Positions 61,782 through 64,000 of a DNA stretch of 64,000 nucleotides are shown here, piece after piece. The notes below the pieces were generated by a model. That model saw only the letters and a program-made list of their open reading frames with translations. It was not told the origin of the DNA and did not search any database. The translations under genes and the position numbers were made by a program. The stretch comes from Felis catus. Its lineage: Eukaryota. The DNA lies in assembly GCF_018350175.1 (NCBI RefSeq), contig NC_058369.1, positions 5,086,001 through 5,150,000 of the forward strand. Direction: 5' to 3'. The number at the start of each line of letters is the position of its first letter. The first letter of the stretch is position 1.

Positions 61782-62034
61782 AGCGTGTTTATTCTTCTCA
61801 AGAACATGGCCAAATGATGCACATATCACTTCCACGCACATGCCCATGGGCAGGACTGAGTCACATGAGCTGCAGGAGACCCTGGGAATGCAATCTTTAA
61901 CAGGATAGTTGTGTTACTAAAAGCTCTGGGAGGACAGCTGCCATTCTCCACTTGGAGGTTCACTGCTGGAGCTTTACCCAGGTCTTCTGTGCTCCAAAGG
62001 CTGAAATTTTGACTCTCAAACACTTCTGTCTAGA

Positions 62035-62890
62035 GCCCTGATGCTCCTGGTGCTGCTGGTCCAAGGACCAGCAGCATCAGCATCATTCAGGGGCTTGTGA
62101 AAAGTACAGACTCTCGGGCTCCTTCCTAGACCTGCAGAATCAGCATCTTCTTTTTCCAGATCCAGGATGCAGGTGAGGCAGCTGCTCTTGGTCCAAGGAC
62201 CACACCTGGAGTAGCCAGGTGTCAACATCGGTGCTTCTCACACTCTCACGTGCACCCAGATGGCCCAGGGGTCTTGCTAAAATGCAAGTTCTGGTTCATC
62301 AGTTCTGGGGCAGGGGCCCGAGATGCTGCGTTTCCATCAAACTCCCAGGCAGTGTTGATGCTCCTGGCCCGGGAACTGCACTTGGAACAGGAGGAGTCTA
62401 GGGTCTACAAGGTCCTTGACATGCTGAGCAGTTTCTCAGGACTGCTGTAACAGGTTACTACAAACCAGGGGGCTCAAAACAACAGAAATCTATTGTCTCA
62501 CCATTCTGAGGCCCAGAAGTCTGAATCAAGGTGTCCATGGAGCCATGCTTTCTCTGAAGGCTCTAAGGGAGAGTTTGTTCTGTGCCTCTTTCCCAGCTTC
62601 TGGGGTGGCTGGCAATCCTTGGTATTGCTTAGCTTGAAGGTGGATCACTCCAGTGTCTGCCTCTGTTGCCACGTCGTGTTTTCCCTGAGCCTGTCTGTGC
62701 CTCTCTTCTCCTCTTCTTGTAAGTACACCAATCCTATCAGATTACAGACCACCCAACTCCAAGAGGATGTCACACTCTCTTGGGTCTTAATTACATTTTC
62801 AGAGACCCTATCTCCAAATAAGGTCACATTCTCAGGGACCAGGATGTAGGGCTTCAGCACATTTTTGGGGGTCATGTCAGCCCACAACAG
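62035..62890. mobile_element. Two MER5-like hAT remnants (~62035-62215, ~62228-62392) and an MLT1-like LTR (~62420-62890)
   Basis: ggaccagcagcatcagcatca...gaatcagcatct and reverse; ccaaataaggtcacattct. Confidence 0.65.
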
Positions 62891-62971
62891 TCCCCTTCAC
62901 CCTTTCATGCTGGCTGTCCCTGGTGCCCGCCCCAGGGCTCTAACCCACACACTTCCTTCTGCGCTGCCCAG

Positions 62972-63118
62972 GTGTGAATGAATGTGAAGATACCACCGTG
63001 TGCCCAGCTTATGCAACTTGCACCAACACTTTGGACAGCTACTACTGCACTTGCAAAGGAGGCTTTCTGTCGAGCAACGGACTGACGCAGTTCCGGGGCC
63101 CAGAAGTAACATGCAAAG
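62972..63118 (+). CDS. ADGRE1: ADGRE1 exon 3, first EGF-like domain (G)VNECEDTTVCPAYATCTNTLDSYYCTCKGGFLSSNGLTQFRGPEVTCK
   Basis: Six-Cys EGF pattern; CPAYATC..DSYYC.C..GFLSSNG is characteristic of ADGRE1; cccag| ... |gtgagc; gene continues beyond window. Confidence 0.93.
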
Positions 63119-63926
63119 GTGAGCACCCCCTCCTTAAAACCCTCCGCCATTTTGCAGGATAGTCAGGTGGAAGCTGGCTGGGCAGTGGATGTAGGCACAT
63201 TTTCTGTGTCCCAAACGTTATTTTCCCCCTCTCTCCCGCCCTGCCCCTTTTTATCTTTCTTTTTCTATGACGACGAGGATTCCTGCTCACTAAAATTCCC
63301 AACCATTTGGAACGAGCATAAGGATGAAAATAAAAGTAAACATCGTGCCATTTGTCAATATCCAGAAATAACCACTGATTTCATTTTGGGAAATCTTTTG
63401 GTTGTCTCTCCATGAAGGAAACAAGAACTTTTAACATTCGCTGAGCACCAGGCCCCCAATTTTCACATTAAATTGAGTGTAGGCATCCTGATGATCTCCA
63501 CTGTACAGATGAGGACACTGAGGCTTGGAGTGCTGGGATGACCTGTTCACGGCTGTGTGGTTGGACTGGCCTCCAAACCAAGTCTTTCCAACTCTCACAG
63601 CAGTTTCTGAACCAAGTCAACTCTTTGCCACACTCTAGTCGTGCCGTGTTGGGGAAACGTATTTACCCTCTCTAGGCCTCAATGTTTCCATCTGCAGAAT
63701 GAGCCTATACGAGTACCGACCTCCAAAGATAGTTGGGAAAATTAAGTGCAATGAAGTATGTAGTGTGCTAGGCACATGGATGCTCCCCCCAGAGCTACTA
63801 CTTACTTAAGTAATGTAAATTGAAATAATCCCCAGAATGAGTGACATTCTTTGTCTGTATTTCTGTGTGTTTATATCCCAATTCTCCCCTTGACAGTCAA
63901 GATCTGATTGTACCTCTGCCTAAGAC

Positions 63927-64000
63927 CAGGGATCATTGAACTTCTTAATGCAAAGGGCCAAATAGTAAATATTTTGGAGGTTGCAAGCTGTGTGATCTCT
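63927..64000. mobile_element. MER58-like hAT remnant (runs off window)
   Basis: aaagggccaaatagtaaatatttt motif. Confidence 0.55.

Noticed and set aside
51274..62971. Extra or degenerate EGF exons in the long ADGRE1 intron 2
   Set aside because: No six-Cys EGF pattern found in the ORF track or by eye; intron is mostly TE-derived

Overview
Mammalian genomic DNA, almost certainly a felid (dense tRNA-Lys-derived CanSINE/SINEC_Fc copies and felid-type L1 3' ends). The + strand carries coding exons 2-27 of VAV1 (5029-30696; exon 1 lies upstream of the window; all introns GT-AG, frame intact, AATAAA at 30930). After an ~18-kb repeat-rich spacer come the promoter and exons 1-3 of ADGRE1 (EMR1/F4/80; ATG at 49000, first EGF exon 62972-63118), the VAV1-ADGRE1 adjacency known from human and mouse. 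The rest is SINE, L1, MaLR/ERV LTR, hAT remnants and tandem repeats. I found no convincing new multi-gene system. The best leads are: (1) tandem and cryptic acceptors at VAV1 exon 26, one giving the 9-residue deletion known from human T-cell lymphoma; (2) an out-of-frame upstream ATG 19 nt before the ADGRE1 start; (3) a young solo LTR with AP-1/ETS/kB-like motifs in a deeply nested insertion stack in ADGRE1 intron 2; (4) a truncated provirus with a tRNA-Lys-like PBS upstream of ADGRE1; (5) a G-rich 30-bp minisatellite filling VAV1 intron 4; (6) inverted SINE pairs around small exons. Exon numbers and human comparisons come from my recollection of the orthologues; repeat family names are by eye and their boundaries are approximate.
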